From Candidatus Aldehydirespiratoraceae bacterium (GTDB lineage: Bacteria; Actinomycetota; Acidimicrobiia; Acidimicrobiales; Aldehydirespiratoraceae): 64,000 nt of DNA. Where the stretch lies: assembly GCA_965243715.1 (NCBI GenBank), contig CBDEVU010000018.1:18473-82472 (forward strand), written 5' to 3'. Of the stretch, positions 63,944 through 64,000 are shown one piece after another. The notes under the pieces are model-generated. The model did not search any database and had not been told where the DNA came from. It saw only the letters and a program-made list of their open reading frames with translations. Each line of letters begins with the position of its first letter. Within the stretch, counting starts at the first letter, position 1. A program made the position numbers and the translations under genes.

Positions 63944-64000
63944 GCGGCCCGCTTGGCTGACATCAACGCCGAAGCCGTCTCGGCCGCCACCGCGGCATCG
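63940..64000 (-). CDS. 3' end of an upstream co-oriented CDS (possibly the corrinoid-binding carrier protein); only 19 codons visible
   Basis: Open frame ...DAAVAAETASALMSAKRAA* ends in a TGA that overlaps the DUF1638 GTG. The identity is pure context inference. Confidence 0.3.
   Translation of the reverse strand, partial: DAAVAAETASALMSAKRAA

Overview
High-GC, Actinomycetota-like chromosomal segment (a DUF222-HNH gene; many ATGA/GTGA-coupled operons). It is almost fully coding, with about 55 CDS, and I saw no rRNA, tRNA, CRISPR array or transposase. The unifying theme is C1 and methylated-osmolyte metabolism.

Gene content, left to right:
- NAD-linked formate dehydrogenase parts.
- A split B12-dependent acyl-CoA mutase with its G-protein chaperone. 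The specificity residues look isobutyryl-CoA-mutase-like rather than methylmalonyl-CoA-mutase-like.
- A CoxMSL-type molybdenum hydroxylase followed by a MoaD-like GG protein.
- Transporters and an aldehyde dehydrogenase.
- A SET-domain protein and a DUF222-HNH gene.
- Three paralogous non-pyrrolysine MttB-family (trimethylamine methyltransferase superfamily) genes, each in a different catabolic neighbourhood.
- A serine-cycle block, mcl-mtkA-mtkB-ppc, with a divergent LysR regulator.
- A Rieske oxygenase, a DMGDH-like FAD/GcvT enzyme and a DddP-like M24 protein.
- Siroheme synthesis, sulfite reductase, a rhodanese and metZ.
- A proVWX-type betaine ABC importer whose permease is unusually long.
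- metY, a PabB-PabC fusion, and a DmdA-like GcvT protein coupled to an MFS transporter.
- At the right edge, a tightly coupled corrinoid methyl-transfer operon: DUF1638, a 'virulence factor'-family protein, a pterin methyltransferase, a 2Fe-2S/ASKHA reductive activase, MttB, and a dehydrogenase.

Most notable observations:
- The corrinoid operon carries two uncharacterised but embedded partners.
- Two single-base frame disruptions fall in corrinoid-pathway genes (mttB copy 1 and the pterin methyltransferase).
- Arg/Gly-rich tails are shared by six different proteins of this system.
- In-frame 15/18-bp tandem repeats recur at the 5' ends of unrelated genes.

All functional calls come from motif recognition by eye. 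No database search was run.
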